A stretch of 58,370 nt of DNA from an uncultured Rhizobiaceae bacterium (lineage in GTDB: Bacteria > Pseudomonadota > Alphaproteobacteria > Rhizobiales > Aestuariivirgaceae). The stretch spans positions 1-58,370 of the forward strand of contig CAZNLW010000002.1 of assembly GCA_964574205.1 (NCBI GenBank), in the 5' to 3' direction. A model generated the notes under the pieces. It did no database searches. It worked only from the letters and a program-made list of their open reading frames with translations, and was not told the DNA's origin. A program made the position numbers and the translations under genes. Shown piece after piece: positions 1 through 10,265 of this stretch (its first letter is position 1; the number at the start of each line of letters is the position of its first letter).

Positions 1-869
1 TTCCGCTCACGCGGTGCCTGGTGCGCCGCTTTGCCGACATGGAGATCTTCGTGGAGGTGCAGGAGAACGTCCGCGGCGAGGACGTCTTCATCATCCAGCC
101 CACCTCCTTTCCCACCAACGACCACCTGATGGAGCTGCTCATCCTCATTGATGCGCTCCGTCGCGCCTCGGCCCGGCGCATCACCGCGGTCATGCCCTAC
201 TTCGGCTATGCCCGGCAGGACCGCAAACCCGGTCCGCGGACGCCGATCTCCGCCAAGCTGGTGGCCAACCTCATCGAGCGCGCCGGAGCCGACCGCGTGC
301 TCACGCTGGATCTGCACGCCGGCCAGATCCAGGGATTCTTCGACATCCCCACCGACAACCTTTATGCCGCCCCCGTCATGGTGCAGGACATCCGCAAGCA
401 CTATGACCTGGAGAACATCATGGTCGTCTCTCCGGATGTCGGCGGCGTGGTGCGCGCCCGCGCCCTGGCCAAGCGCATCGGCGCGCCGCTCGCCATCGTG
501 GACAAGCGCCGCGAGCGGCCAGGTGAATCGGAAGTCATGAACATCATCGGCAACGTGAAGGGCCAGACCTGCATCCTTGTCGATGACATCGTGGATTCCG
601 GGGGCACCCTGTGCAATGCCGCGGAGGCTCTGCTGGAGCGCGGTGCCCGCGAGGTCTCCGCCTATATCACGCACGGTGTGCTCTCCGGTGGCGCCGTGGC
701 CCGCATCACCGCATCCGACCTCAAGGAGCTGGTCATCACCGATTCCATCCAGCCCACGGAGGCCGTGCGCGTGGCCCGCAACATCCGGGTCATCTCCATC
801 GCCGAGCTGCTGGGCGAAGCCGTGGCCCGCACCGCTCGGGAGGAATCCGTCTCCTCCCTCTTCCTCTGA
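1..869 (+). CDS. prs: Ribose-phosphate pyrophosphokinase (5'-truncated by window edge)
   Basis: Motifs [34 protein letters not shown] and PRPP-binding [10 protein letters not shown]. Confidence 0.97.
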   Translation, partial: PLTRCLVRRFADMEIFVEVQENVRGEDVFIIQPTSFPTNDHLMELLILIDALRRASARRITAVMPYFGYARQDRKPGPRTPISAKLVANLIERAGADRVLTLDLHAGQIQGFFDIPTDNLYAAPVMVQDIRKHYDLENIMVVSPDVGGVVRARALAKRIGAPLAIVDKRRERPGESEVMNIIGNVKGQTCILVDDIVDSGGTLCNAAEALLERGAREVSAYITHGVLSGGAVARITASDLKELVITDSIQPTEAVRVARNIRVISIAELLGEAVARTAREESVSSLFL

Positions 870-1292
870 TCGGCCCGGGCAGGTTCCGGCCCGTTCGCGC
901 AGGGAATGCGCAAGGAATACGGATAGCCTTTTCCGGCGCCTGCGCAGGCAGACGCCCGTTCGGATGCGGCCGCATGCTGACGCCTCCACACAAGGCATGA
1001 AGCGGCCCACCATCCGCTCCCACGATTACGGTTTCCGTCCCGCATGCCGAAATGAGTCTGGATTTCCTGAAAATGACTCTCATTTTCATGCATGTGAAGA
1101 GGTCATGAGGAAAGGACGACCTTGACGGCATGATGCCAGACGAAATGTCACCATTCGCCTGATCCAGGAGACCTTGTGGCACGCGAAGGGAAGGAAACGC
1201 CTGACATCCGCGCCTGGCATCCTTGCCGAACGGCCTGTGCCACGAGAGTGAACGGGTGAACGGCAACACCAAAGAGGAGACGGAAAGAAACC

Positions 1293-1595
1293 ATGAGCAC
1301 CATCACCCTGCCACCGCGCGATGCCGATGGCTTTCTGGAGAACATGAACGACTGGACGCCGGAAATCGGCCGCGCCATGGCGGAGGCCGACGGCTTCGAG
1401 CTCACTGACGAGATGTGGGAGCAGATCATGATGGCCCGGCAGTATTATGCCGAGCACAACACCACGCCCCCCTTGCGCAAGTTCATGAAGTATACGGGCA
1501 AGAGCAAGAAGGAGCTCTTCGATTTGTGGAAGACGGGTCCAATGAAGGTGATCGCCAAGTATGGCGGCCTGCCCAAGCCCACCGGCTGCGTGTGA
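1293..1595 (+). CDS. TusE/DsrC/DsvC family sulfur relay protein (single C-terminal Cys)
   Basis: 100 aa; N-terminal DADGFL..DW; C-terminal GGLPKPTGCV; upstream GAGGAG-like RBS. Confidence 0.88.
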   Translation: MSTITLPPRDADGFLENMNDWTPEIGRAMAEADGFELTDEMWEQIMMARQYYAEHNTTPPLRKFMKYTGKSKKELFDLWKTGPMKVIAKYGGLPKPTGCV

Positions 1596-1703
1596 GGCGC
1601 CACGGCCGGCCGGGTGCCAGCCGCGTTTTCGATGGATCCATGTCCCGGTTGACCCACGGACCGTCTGATATCTGATATCTGCGTGCGTCAGACCGAAACT
1701 TCA

Positions 1704-1750
1704 GGGCGGCCACCTGTGCCTGCAGGCAGGTGCGCCGCCCCTTTTCTGTT
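1704..1750 (+). terminator. Putative rho-independent terminator after the TusE-like gene
   Basis: GGGCGG-CCACCTG...CAGGTG-CGCCGCCC stem followed by CTTTTCTGTT. Confidence 0.5.
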
Positions 1751-1958
1751 CCGTCGGTCGGGTCCGCCTGTGGTCGTCGACTGTCCTGTCATCCAGTCTG
1801 CCCCTTGTGGAGTATGGTCATTCCGACTCTTGCGGCCGGATTCGCCTTGCGGCATCGTGATGACACCGTGATTCGTGATTGCCGTGCAGCGATTTGCGCG
1901 AAATCTGCAAGGTTTCGCAGCAGGTTGTCTGATGCCCCCGGAGAGGAAAGGATTTCCC

Positions 1959-2465
1959 ATGACGGCCGCCTACCCGACGTTGGAGCACCCTGCCGCCGCC
2001 AACCCGCTAGACCTCGTCGAGGATCTGGCCATGGGTCATGGCTGGTCCCTGGCCCGCCTGCATGACGAGGAGGCACAGATGGTGGTGACCACCCCGGCCA
2101 CGGATCTGCAGGTTTCGCTTGCCTGGAATCCGGACAGCGAGCTGCTGCAGCTGGCCGCCATGTTCGACTTTCGCGTGCCCCAATCCCGCCGGGCCGAGGC
2201 CTTGCGCCTCGTGGGCCTGCTCAACGAGCGCCTGGCCGCCGGCCATTTCGAGATCTGGTCGCGGGAGGGCCTGGTGCTCTACCGCAACGCCCTGCTTCTG
2301 GCAGGCGGCGCCCCGGCCACGCCGGCCCAGTGCGAGGCGCTCATCGCCACCGCCGCGCAGGCCTGCACGACCCATTATCCGGCTTTCCAGTTTGTCCTCT
2401 GGGCCGGTCGCAAGGCGGAGGATGCCTTGCGCGACTGCATCTTCGAGACCGCCGGCGAGGCTTGA
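1959..2465 (+). CDS. YbjN domain-containing protein
   Basis: NPLDLVE N-terminus, GHFEIW, and YPAFQFVLWAG...FETAGEA C-terminus typical of the alphaproteobacterial YbjN found upstream of proC. Confidence 0.8.
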   Translation: MTAAYPTLEHPAAANPLDLVEDLAMGHGWSLARLHDEEAQMVVTTPATDLQVSLAWNPDSELLQLAAMFDFRVPQSRRAEALRLVGLLNERLAAGHFEIWSREGLVLYRNALLLAGGAPATPAQCEALIATAAQACTTHYPAFQFVLWAGRKAEDALRDCIFETAGEA

Positions 2466-2586
2466 GAGGCCAACCGTTGGCGGCAGACAGCACATCGCGC
2501 CTGTTGCCCTCACCTTGACGGTCGTGCCCGACATGTCACCTGACAGGGAGGCAGGCAACGTGTATCTGCCGAAGGAGGGCAAGGGC

Positions 2587-3456
2587 ATGAACGACACGGC
2601 ACGAAGGCACACCCGCGTCACGACCCTGACGGACCTGCCCGGCCCCCTGCTGCTGCTGGGCGCCGGTCGCATGGGCAGCGCCATGCTCCGCGGCTGGCTC
2701 GCTGCCGGCATGGATCCGCACCGGATTGTCATTCAGGAACCCGTCCCCAGCGGCATGTTGCGTGAGCTCATCGAGCGCCACGGCCTTGTGCTCAACCCGC
2801 CGAAAGAGGTCCTGGGCCGCATTGCCATTCTGGTGGCCGCCGTCAAGCCGCAGGTCATGGACGAGGCGCTGGCGCCCCTTGCTTCTCTGTTTGCTGGCCG
2901 GACGCCGCTCGTCCTCTCCATTGCCGCGGGGCGCACCATCGCCTCGTTCAAGCGCCACTTCGGGCCGGCCACGCCAGTGGTGCGCGCCATGCCCAACACG
3001 CCCGGGGCCATCGGCAGGGGCATTGCGGCCTTTTGTGCCAGCCCCGAGGTGACGGAAGAGCAGAAGGCCATCGCCCGCGCCCTGCTTGCGGCCCTGGGCG
3101 AGGTCGTGGAAGTGCCGGAGGAGGACCAGATGGATGCCGTCACCGCCGTTTCCGGCTCGGGTCCGGCCTATGTCTTTCTCCTTGCCGAATGCCTGGAGGC
3201 AGCGGCCCGCGCCCAGGGATTGCCCGATGCCGTGGCCACACGCCTGGCCCGGGCCACGATCGCGGGAGCCGGCGCCTTGCTGGCGCAATCTCCCGAATCG
3301 CCGGCCGACCTGCGCGAGGCGGTCACGTCGCCAGGCGGCACCACCGCCGCGGCCCTGGCCCTGCTCATGCAGGAAGGCGGCGGCTTGTGCCACCTCATGC
3401 GTCTGGCCGTGGAGGCTGCCGCCCGTCGCTCCCGCGAGCTGGCCGGCGAGAACTGA
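2587..3456 (+). CDS. proC: Pyrroline-5-carboxylate reductase
   Basis: GAGRMG Rossmann motif, AVKPQ, SIAAG, RAMPNTP, TAVSGSGPAY, VTSPGGTT. Confidence 0.96.
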   Translation: MNDTARRHTRVTTLTDLPGPLLLLGAGRMGSAMLRGWLAAGMDPHRIVIQEPVPSGMLRELIERHGLVLNPPKEVLGRIAILVAAVKPQVMDEALAPLASLFAGRTPLVLSIAAGRTIASFKRHFGPATPVVRAMPNTPGAIGRGIAAFCASPEVTEEQKAIARALLAALGEVVEVPEEDQMDAVTAVSGSGPAYVFLLAECLEAAARAQGLPDAVATRLARATIAGAGALLAQSPESPADLREAVTSPGGTTAAALALLMQEGGGLCHLMRLAVEAAARRSRELAGEN

Positions 3457-3627
3457 GAGTCGCCGGCATGCCGGCTCGGCCCTGCCAATGCCGCAAAATC
3501 GTGCTACATTTCGCACTGCGCTGAAGGACAGTGACTGCACTGCAGATGCTGACGGGCGTGACACGGCTGCGAGACGGCAACGGCCTGCACTCGTCGAACT
3601 GCAGCATGGCAAGGGAGCAGCAACGCC

Positions 3628-4401
3628 ATGGCCGAAAAGAAGAAGGACACCCGCACGCGCCGCAAGTCGGCATTCGGCGACAGCCAGCGCCTCGATGCCA
3701 TCATCGATGCGGCTCTGGAACTGGCCGTCGAAACCCCCTGGACGAATGTCACGCTCGCCGACATTGCCCGCCGTGCCGGCCTGTCCCTGGCCGAACTGCG
3801 CCAGCATGTGGACGGACGCGACGAGATCCTGCGCCATTTCGCCCGGCGCGTGGACGCGCAGGTGCTGGCCTCCCTGGAAAAGGATCCGCTGGAAGGCGAT
3901 GCGGTGGATCGGCTGTTCGAGCTGATCATGCGCCGGCTGGAGGTGCTGGCGCCCTGGCGCCCGGCCATTCGCAACATCCTGAAGGAATCGCCCCTGATTG
4001 CCGGGGAACATCCGCCACTCGCCTGTCAGTATCTGGCCAGCCAGCGCTGGATGCTGTCTGCCGCCGGGCTGGAGCGCCCGGGACTGGAAGGCGCGGCCTG
4101 CGCCGCCGCGCTGGGCGGCATCTATCTCCGGGCCCTGAAGACCTGGGTGGAGGATGACGATCCCGGCTTTTCCCGCACCATGGCACGCCTGGATCAGGAC
4201 CTGAAGCGCGCCGCCCGCTGGCGCGAGCGCCTGGAAGGCCCCGCCAGGGCCGCCAGGGGCATGGCCAGCGCCGGCTGTGCCCTGGCCCGTGGCCTGATCC
4301 GTCTCATCCGTCGCCAGGAGCGCAGCCCCCGTGAAGAGGAAAGCGCCGACATTGTTGCCACCACCGTGGACCCTCGCGACGAAGCCGGCCAGCAGGCCTG
4401 A
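3628..4401 (+). CDS. TetR/AcrR-like transcriptional regulator
   Basis: N-terminal HTH IIDAALELA...VTLADIARRAGLS; C-terminal DRLFELIMRR...DDDPGFSRTMARLD. Confidence 0.75.
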   Translation: MAEKKKDTRTRRKSAFGDSQRLDAIIDAALELAVETPWTNVTLADIARRAGLSLAELRQHVDGRDEILRHFARRVDAQVLASLEKDPLEGDAVDRLFELIMRRLEVLAPWRPAIRNILKESPLIAGEHPPLACQYLASQRWMLSAAGLERPGLEGAACAAALGGIYLRALKTWVEDDDPGFSRTMARLDQDLKRAARWRERLEGPARAARGMASAGCALARGLIRLIRRQERSPREEESADIVATTVDPRDEAGQQA

Positions 4402-4490
4402 TCTGCCACCGGCATGCCGGAAGGGATGGCCGGACCGCAACCAGACACCGGCAAGCTCGAGCGCAAACGCGATCGCAAAGAAACCTTCAC

Positions 4491-4625
4491 AGTCGCATGT
4501 GAAGTATCGACAATGTATTGAGTTGAAAGAACTTTGCGGATGATTGGATGGGTGTGAATCGCAAGGGGTTGACGATACATCGTCAGACCCTTGCGATTCA
4601 CGCAAGCCAGAAATGCTGCCCCGGC
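4491..4625 (+). repeat. Multi-hairpin repeat family copy A: left end plus 48-bp palindrome H1, truncated at start of H2
   Basis: AGTCGCATGTGAAGTAT...TATTGAGTTG and GTGAATCGCAAGG-GGT-TGACGAT-AC-ATCGTCA-GAC-CCTTGCGATTCAC match 28423-28530. Confidence 0.85.
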
Positions 4626-4676
4626 TTGTGCCGCCCGCCGTGTTGTTCCCCTGTATCCTGTTGTGCGCCTGACAAG

Positions 4677-6512
4677 TCACGGGGAAGCCTGCCGATGGCG
4701 AGCGGGCAGGCCGGAACGCCCGGCCTTCAGCACACTGTAGTGAAAGGCCAGCAGCTCCTCTTCCGTGAAACGCCGTTCGTGTGTCTCGCCGCTCAGCAAG
4801 TCCCAGATGATCCAGGGAATCTGGTAGGTTCGCCGCTCCTTGATGGAAAGCAAGCGTGGGCCATCGAACACGAGAAGAATGTTTCTGTACCGGTCGCCAT
4901 CCTTCAGAGACAGGCCAAAAGGCTCAAGAGGCGGCAGATGATCACTCGCCACCACGATCAAGGCCCGCGGATCCCTGGCCTGGATCTCCTGAATGAACCT
5001 GGCCAGGGCCCGGGTACGATACAGGAAGATATTGGCCACGTCCTGGGCATGCGCGCTGCCGCGCTCAACCCGCACCACATCCGGCCTCAGGCGCTTGTTG
5101 CGATAGAACGGCGCATGCCCATACATCCCCTGAAGGAAGACGAGGTAGGGGCCGTCATCCTGCGTGCGCAGGCGGTCGAGAAGGTGCAGGGCATGTCGAA
5201 AGAGATCACCGTCGAACATCCAGACATCACCATCCGCCTTGGGAAAGCGATCCGGCATGTCGCCGAGAAACACGGGGTTGTCGAACCCGAGTGAACGCAT
5301 GGCCGCGGGTTCGTTGAAGAACCTGGACTGACTGGCAAACACCGCCAGGGTGCGATAGCCATGGGCGCGCAGCCGCCAGGGCAGGCTGAACGTACGCCGG
5401 CCCGTGAGCACGTCATAGGCTATGGAGGCAACAGCATCGAATGCCGGCACGCCTGTGAGCAGCTCGAAGCCTGTCTGGGCCGAATTGCCGCCAAAGATGA
5501 TGCTCCGATGAGACGAGAACTGCCCATTGCCCTGCCGGCGAAGAAGGGTCTCCATGCGCTTGGCCAGCGGGGATCGATCATACGTCACCGCCAGACGACG
5601 GGCATCGATGAAGCTTTCGAGCAGGATCACGTAGACGTTTCGCGGCGCCCTGACCGTTCCCGGATAAAGCCGCTCCTCCAGATCCATGACCGGCTCGAAA
5701 CCGGCCAGCTTGAAGGTGGCATGGATCTCCTGCACGTTCCGCCAGAGGAAGGTCACAAGGCGTCCGTTGCGATGCACGCTTTCCCGATCGGAAAAGGCCA
5801 GGGCACAGAGCCCGCAGGCAGACGAGGACCAGTGACTGGTTTTCCCCAGGGCCGTGAAGACAAGGGCGCTGCCCATGTGCAGGACCACGGAAAACAGGGC
5901 ACTGCCGAGCACGATGTTCAATGCCAGCAAAAACAGCTTGCCCCGCTCCCTGAAGATGCTCTCCTGTCCCTCGCAGCGGACCGCCCGGCCGGCCCGCCAG
6001 ATCAGGAAGACCAGGATGCCCACCGCCGCGGACAACAGGACCATGCCGCCACCGACTTCCGCCGGCATGACAGCCAGTCCATCCAGCACCGTGTAAAGGT
6101 CGGAGATTCTCGGTACCTTGTTCAGGTAGGACAGATTCTTGTCTATGAAGACATAGAAAACAAGAACAGACAATGAAGAAAATGCCGATACCAGGATTCT
6201 TTCCCGAAAGGTCTTCGAGCATGCTGGGTAGGTCAATATGGATATGAACATTATTATGGAATATTCTATGAACGACAAACTGCTGGCATGGGAAAGAATT
6301 CCATTATCTGACAGGGCCTCACTGTAAAGCAACAATACAAGAAACATAAAAGCAAAATGGTGAACAAATCCCCACGGCAGGAACCGATCTCGAGAATCAT
6401 GAAAGAGAATCTCGCATATCTCCTGAACCATTCCACTCTTGACGTGTGTGGACCTCATCACTGAACTTGCCCTCCTTCGCTCAGTGACGGTCTCCCTCCC
6501 CACAAGCGCCAT
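4677..6512 (-). CDS. LTA synthase family / sulfatase-like membrane phosphotransferase (start uncertain)
   Basis: N-terminal TM helices; NVYVILLESF, FGGNSAQTGFELLTG, GH, and ASDHLP motifs of the alkaline phosphatase superfamily. Confidence 0.75.
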   Translation of the reverse strand: MALVGRETVTERRRASSVMRSTHVKSGMVQEICEILFHDSRDRFLPWGFVHHFAFMFLVLLLYSEALSDNGILSHASSLSFIEYSIIMFISILTYPACSKTFRERILVSAFSSLSVLVFYVFIDKNLSYLNKVPRISDLYTVLDGLAVMPAEVGGGMVLLSAAVGILVFLIWRAGRAVRCEGQESIFRERGKLFLLALNIVLGSALFSVVLHMGSALVFTALGKTSHWSSSACGLCALAFSDRESVHRNGRLVTFLWRNVQEIHATFKLAGFEPVMDLEERLYPGTVRAPRNVYVILLESFIDARRLAVTYDRSPLAKRMETLLRRQGNGQFSSHRSIIFGGNSAQTGFELLTGVPAFDAVASIAYDVLTGRRTFSLPWRLRAHGYRTLAVFASQSRFFNEPAAMRSLGFDNPVFLGDMPDRFPKADGDVWMFDGDLFRHALHLLDRLRTQDDGPYLVFLQGMYGHAPFYRNKRLRPDVVRVERGSAHAQDVANIFLYRTRALARFIQEIQARDPRALIVVASDHLPPLEPFGLSLKDGDRYRNILLVFDGPRLLSIKERRTYQIPWIIWDLLSGETHERRFTEEELLAFHYSVLKAGRSGLPARHRQASP

Positions 6513-6968
6513 GATGGACAGGAATCATGAAAGGAAGAGAAAAATCTACTTAACTCTACCATAAGTTGGTGCTTCAAACAGGGATGGCAATGCCGGCAAC
6601 CGGCCTCGACCATGAAGTGTATCGCGGTTGTGAGCCCCGTCATGGAACGGCATGTCGCAAAGGCATGCCTGGGCCGGTCTTTCCTGGAAACAGGCAACGA
6701 AGAGCATTCAGCAGGTTCTTTCCGGAGCTGTGTCCGACTGATGACCAGACGTTCGGCCTGCAGGCAGAATGCCCGCAACGCATGGCGAAGAGGCATGAGA
6801 TCGGAAGACGGGAGAGACGACGTGTCCTCAGGCCAGAAGGATCACCCGTTCATCCGTGAAGAACAAAGAGGCGCCTGGAAAGTTTCCGGCAACAGGCGGA
6901 CTTGCAATCTCCATGGAGTATCGGGGGATTGCGAATGCAATATGTGCCGGAACTCCGGCAGAATCCTG

Positions 6969-7082
6969 CAATGCGTCCCGCGGCAGAGTGATGTCCTGCC
7001 AACGCCGGGCTGTGCCCTGAGCCGGCAAGACCGATTGGTCGAACGTGAAGAAAAGTTTTCCAGCCTTCATGGCAGGCGAAAA
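6969..7082. repeat. Multi-hairpin repeat family copy B: H2 module followed by inverted H3/right end
   Basis: GTCCTGCCAACGCCGGGCTGTGCCCTGAGCCGGCAAGAC (6993-7031), then GGTCGAACGTGAAGAAAAGTTTTCCAGCC (reverse complement of the right end of copies C, D and E). Confidence 0.8.
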
Positions 7083-7105
7083 GCCGATCGATCGCACCTA
7101 AGGTG

Positions 7106-7357
7106 TCACCCCCCCGTCACGGGCGGAAAGAAGGCCACCTCGCGCGCATTGCCCAGGGGCGTGTCGAGATCGGCATGCTCCTGGTTCACCGCCACACGCA
7201 ATACCTGCTCGTCTGCGAGCGCCTCGGCATGAGCCTCGTCCAGCCCCCGCAGCCACTCCAGCAGATCGCGCACCGTTCGCACCTCCGCCGGTGGCGAGAC
7301 CTCTTCCTCGCCCTTGCCCAGCCGCTGCCGCACCCAGGCGAAATACAGAATCTTCAC
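7106..7357 (-). CDS. moaD: Molybdopterin synthase sulfur carrier subunit
   Basis: KILYFAWVR N-terminus; EVAFFPPVTGG C-terminal di-glycine. Confidence 0.95.
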   Translation of the reverse strand: MKILYFAWVRQRLGKGEEEVSPPAEVRTVRDLLEWLRGLDEAHAEALADEQVLRVAVNQEHADLDTPLGNAREVAFFPPVTGG

Positions 7358-7986
7358 GCCGCTCGCTCCTCGCTGATCACATGATGCAAACCGGCCCGGA
7401 AGTAGTCAAATCCGGTGTACATGGTCAGCAGGGCCGCCAGCCACAGCCCGATGATACCCGTTTGCGAAGTATAGGGCATGACCTCGTCGCCTGCCGGCCC
7501 GGCAATGAGAAAACCGATGGCCACAAGCTGGAGGGCCGTCTTCCACTTGGCCAGCAAGGTCACCGGAACCGAGGCCTGCAGTTGGCCCAGAAACTCGCGC
7601 AGGCCCGATACCAGAACCTCGCGCATGAGGATGATGAAGGCCGCCCACAGGTGCACGCCATGCAGCGGCTGCCCGTTGGCCGCCAGCATGAGGAGCACGC
7701 CGGCCACGAGCAGCTTGTCGGCAATCGGATCCAGCATGCGCCCCAGGGCCGACTGCTGCTGCCAGGCCCGTGCCAGCCAGCCGTCGAAGAAGTCCGTCAC
7801 GGCCGCCAGAATGAAGAGGGTCAGCGCCATCCAGCGTGCCCCGTTCGTGCCCCACAGCAGCAGCCCCGCCACCAGGGGCACGGCGACAATGCGCCCGTAG
7901 GTGAGCAGGTTCGGCACCTGCAACGCCACCGGCAAGCTGGAGCGCGCCCGTGCACCCATCCCCATCTCCATTCCGGTTTCGCTCAT
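7354..7986 (-). CDS. pgsA: CDP-diacylglycerol--glycerol-3-phosphate 3-phosphatidyltransferase
   Basis: PNLLTYGR; CDP-alcohol motif DFFDGWLAR...GRMLDPIADK; KWKT. Confidence 0.95.
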   Translation of the reverse strand: MSETGMEMGMGARARSSLPVALQVPNLLTYGRIVAVPLVAGLLLWGTNGARWMALTLFILAAVTDFFDGWLARAWQQQSALGRMLDPIADKLLVAGVLLMLAANGQPLHGVHLWAAFIILMREVLVSGLREFLGQLQASVPVTLLAKWKTALQLVAIGFLIAGPAGDEVMPYTSQTGIIGLWLAALLTMYTGFDYFRAGLHHVISEERAA

Positions 7987-8168
7987 GGTTCCGTGGTTCC
8001 GTTCTGAAGCTCTGCCTCTCTCAGGTGTCACGGATCGTCCTGTCCGGCCATTGATGCGCGACAGGGCCCCCTTGCCCGTGTTCACCGCCTTGGCCCGTAT
8101 TCACCACATGGTCGCATTCGCAGCCTGCCGCTGGCACAGCGAGCTCGAGAGAGCCATCACCGGGACTG

Positions 8169-10148
8169 TCAGTGAAAATGGTCATATATCACCTGCGCCA
8201 GCCTTTCGGAGATCCCCTCCACGGCCGCAAGCTCCGACACATCGGCCCTTGCCACCGCCCGCGCCGAGCCGAAGGCCGCCAGCAGGGCCTTGCGCCGGGC
8301 CGGGCCAACACCGGGAATGCCGTCCAGGAGGCTGCCGCGCGCGGCCTTCCTCCGTTTCAGGCGGTGCGAGCCAATGGCGAAGCGATGGGCCTCGTCCCGC
8401 AGCTGCTGGAGATAATACAGCACGGGATCATCGGACGCGAGGCGCAAAACGCCGCCATCCGGCAGATGGAAGGTCTCCCGGCCTGCATTGCGGTCCGGCC
8501 CCTTGGCCACGCCCACGAAGGTGACGCCTTCCACGCCCAGCTCGCGCGCCACGTCAAGCGCCGCATTGAGCTGTCCGCGCCCCCCGTCGATGAGCACGAG
8601 ATCCGGCCACTGTGGAAAACCCCCCGCCGGCACTTCTTCCGCCAGCGGACCGCCGGGGCATTCGCGCACAAGCCGCGCAAGGCGCCGCGCGAGCACCTCG
8701 CGCATCATGGCGAAATCGTCGTCGGTGGCCGCCTGCCGCATGTTGAACCGCCGGTAATGGGCCTTCATGAAGCCCTCCGGCCCGGCCACGATCATGGCAC
8801 CCACCGCATGCGCGCCCTGGATGTGCGAATTGTCGAACACGTCGATTCGCCGCGGCACCCGCGGCAGGGAGAACACCTCCGCCACCCTCTCGAGCAGCGC
8901 CCGCTGTGCACGTCCTCCCGCCAGGCGCTGGGCCAGCGCGGCCTTGGCATTCTCCAGCGCCATCTCCACGAACTGCCGCTTTTCGCCACGTTTCGGCACA
9001 TGCAGCCGCACGCGCGTGCCGGCCCGTTCGCTGAGGGCCTCCTCGATGAGCGCGGCCTCCTCCACCGCATGCGAGAGGAGTATCAGCGGCGGAGCGGGGC
9101 GGGAATCGTAGAACTGGGCAATGAAGGCCGCCAGCACCTCGGCCTCCGGCCGCTCCGCTTCCGCCCGCGGAAAATAGGCGCGGTTGCCCCAGTTCTGCCA
9201 GTTGCGGAAGAAGAAGACCTGAACACAAGTCAGCCCTCCCTCGCGCACAAGGGCAAAGACGTCCGCCGTCTCGAACGTGCGCGGATTGACGCCCTGCCCC
9301 GCCGTGACATGGGCCATGGCCGCCAGCCGGTCGCGCAGCACAGCGGCCCGCTCGTAATCCAGCCGCTTGGCCGCCTCTTCCATCTGCCGGGTAAGATCGG
9401 CCTTCACCTTCTGCGAGCGACCCGAGAGAAAGTCCTCCGCCTGCCTCACCAGGGCGGCATAGTCCGCCGGGCTCACCTCGCCCGTGCACGGCCCGGCACA
9501 GCGCCGGATCTGGAACTTCAGGCACGGCCGTGTGCGATGGGCATAGACGGAATCGGGACACGTGCGCAGAAGGAAAGCCTTCTCGAGCGCCGAGATCGCC
9601 CGGTTCACCGCACCGGCACTGGCAAACGGCCCGTAATAGCTGCCCGGCACCCGCCTGCTCCCCCGGTGCTTGGTCAGCCGCGGGGCCTCGCCTGTCTTCT
9701 CGATGAGGATGTAGGGAAACGACTTGTCGTCCCGCAGCAGGATATTGTAGCGCGGCTTCAGCCGCTTGATGAGGTTGGCCTCGAGCAGCAGCGCCTCCGC
9801 CTCCGTGCGCGTGGTGGTGAACTCCAGCCGCGCCACCTGGGCGATCATCATGGTGATGCGGTTGGAATGCCCCGTGCCTCGCGCATAGGAAGAGACACGT
9901 GCCTTCAGGTCCCGCGCCTTGCCCACGTAGAGCAGATCGCCTTTCGCGTCATACATGCGATAGACGCCGGGACGGCGCGGCAGCGTCTTCACGAATTCGG
10001 CAATCACCGCCGCGCCCGTGCGCAGGCCTGCCGTTTCGCCATCGCCAGCCCCGACTGCAGAACCGGCCGGTTCTTCCGCGGCAGCGTTCGCACACGCGGT
10101 GCCATCGGACCAGCCCTCTTCCGGCTTCTTCTGCCTGTCGTCTGTCAT
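8169..10148 (-). CDS. uvrC: Excinuclease ABC subunit C
   Basis: GIY-YIG GVYRM...LYVGKA; LRDDKSFPY; FDNSHIQG; LIDGGRGQ; RDEAHRFAI; HhH tail. Confidence 0.97.
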   Translation of the reverse strand: MTDDRQKKPEEGWSDGTACANAAAEEPAGSAVGAGDGETAGLRTGAAVIAEFVKTLPRRPGVYRMYDAKGDLLYVGKARDLKARVSSYARGTGHSNRITMMIAQVARLEFTTTRTEAEALLLEANLIKRLKPRYNILLRDDKSFPYILIEKTGEAPRLTKHRGSRRVPGSYYGPFASAGAVNRAISALEKAFLLRTCPDSVYAHRTRPCLKFQIRRCAGPCTGEVSPADYAALVRQAEDFLSGRSQKVKADLTRQMEEAAKRLDYERAAVLRDRLAAMAHVTAGQGVNPRTFETADVFALVREGGLTCVQVFFFRNWQNWGNRAYFPRAEAERPEAEVLAAFIAQFYDSRPAPPLILLSHAVEEAALIEEALSERAGTRVRLHVPKRGEKRQFVEMALENAKAALAQRLAGGRAQRALLERVAEVFSLPRVPRRIDVFDNSHIQGAHAVGAMIVAGPEGFMKAHYRRFNMRQAATDDDFAMMREVLARRLARLVRECPGGPLAEEVPAGGFPQWPDLVLIDGGRGQLNAALDVARELGVEGVTFVGVAKGPDRNAGRETFHLPDGGVLRLASDDPVLYYLQQLRDEAHRFAIGSHRLKRRKAARGSLLDGIPGVGPARRKALLAAFGSARAVARADVSELAAVEGISERLAQVIYDHFH

Positions 10149-10265
10149 GGTGCCAGATCCGCCAGGTCTCTTTCCGCCCTGCGAGGAGGATTTAGGCCGC
10201 ATCCCGCCCCTTCGCAACCGACACCGGCTTGGCACCCCTCCGGCGCCGTGGTAAAGAGAACGGGA

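Noticed and set aside
6612-7232. ORFs in the 6.5-7.1 kb spacer
   Set aside because: No family motifs, they overlap the repeat and moaD, and their composition is atypical; treated as non-coding
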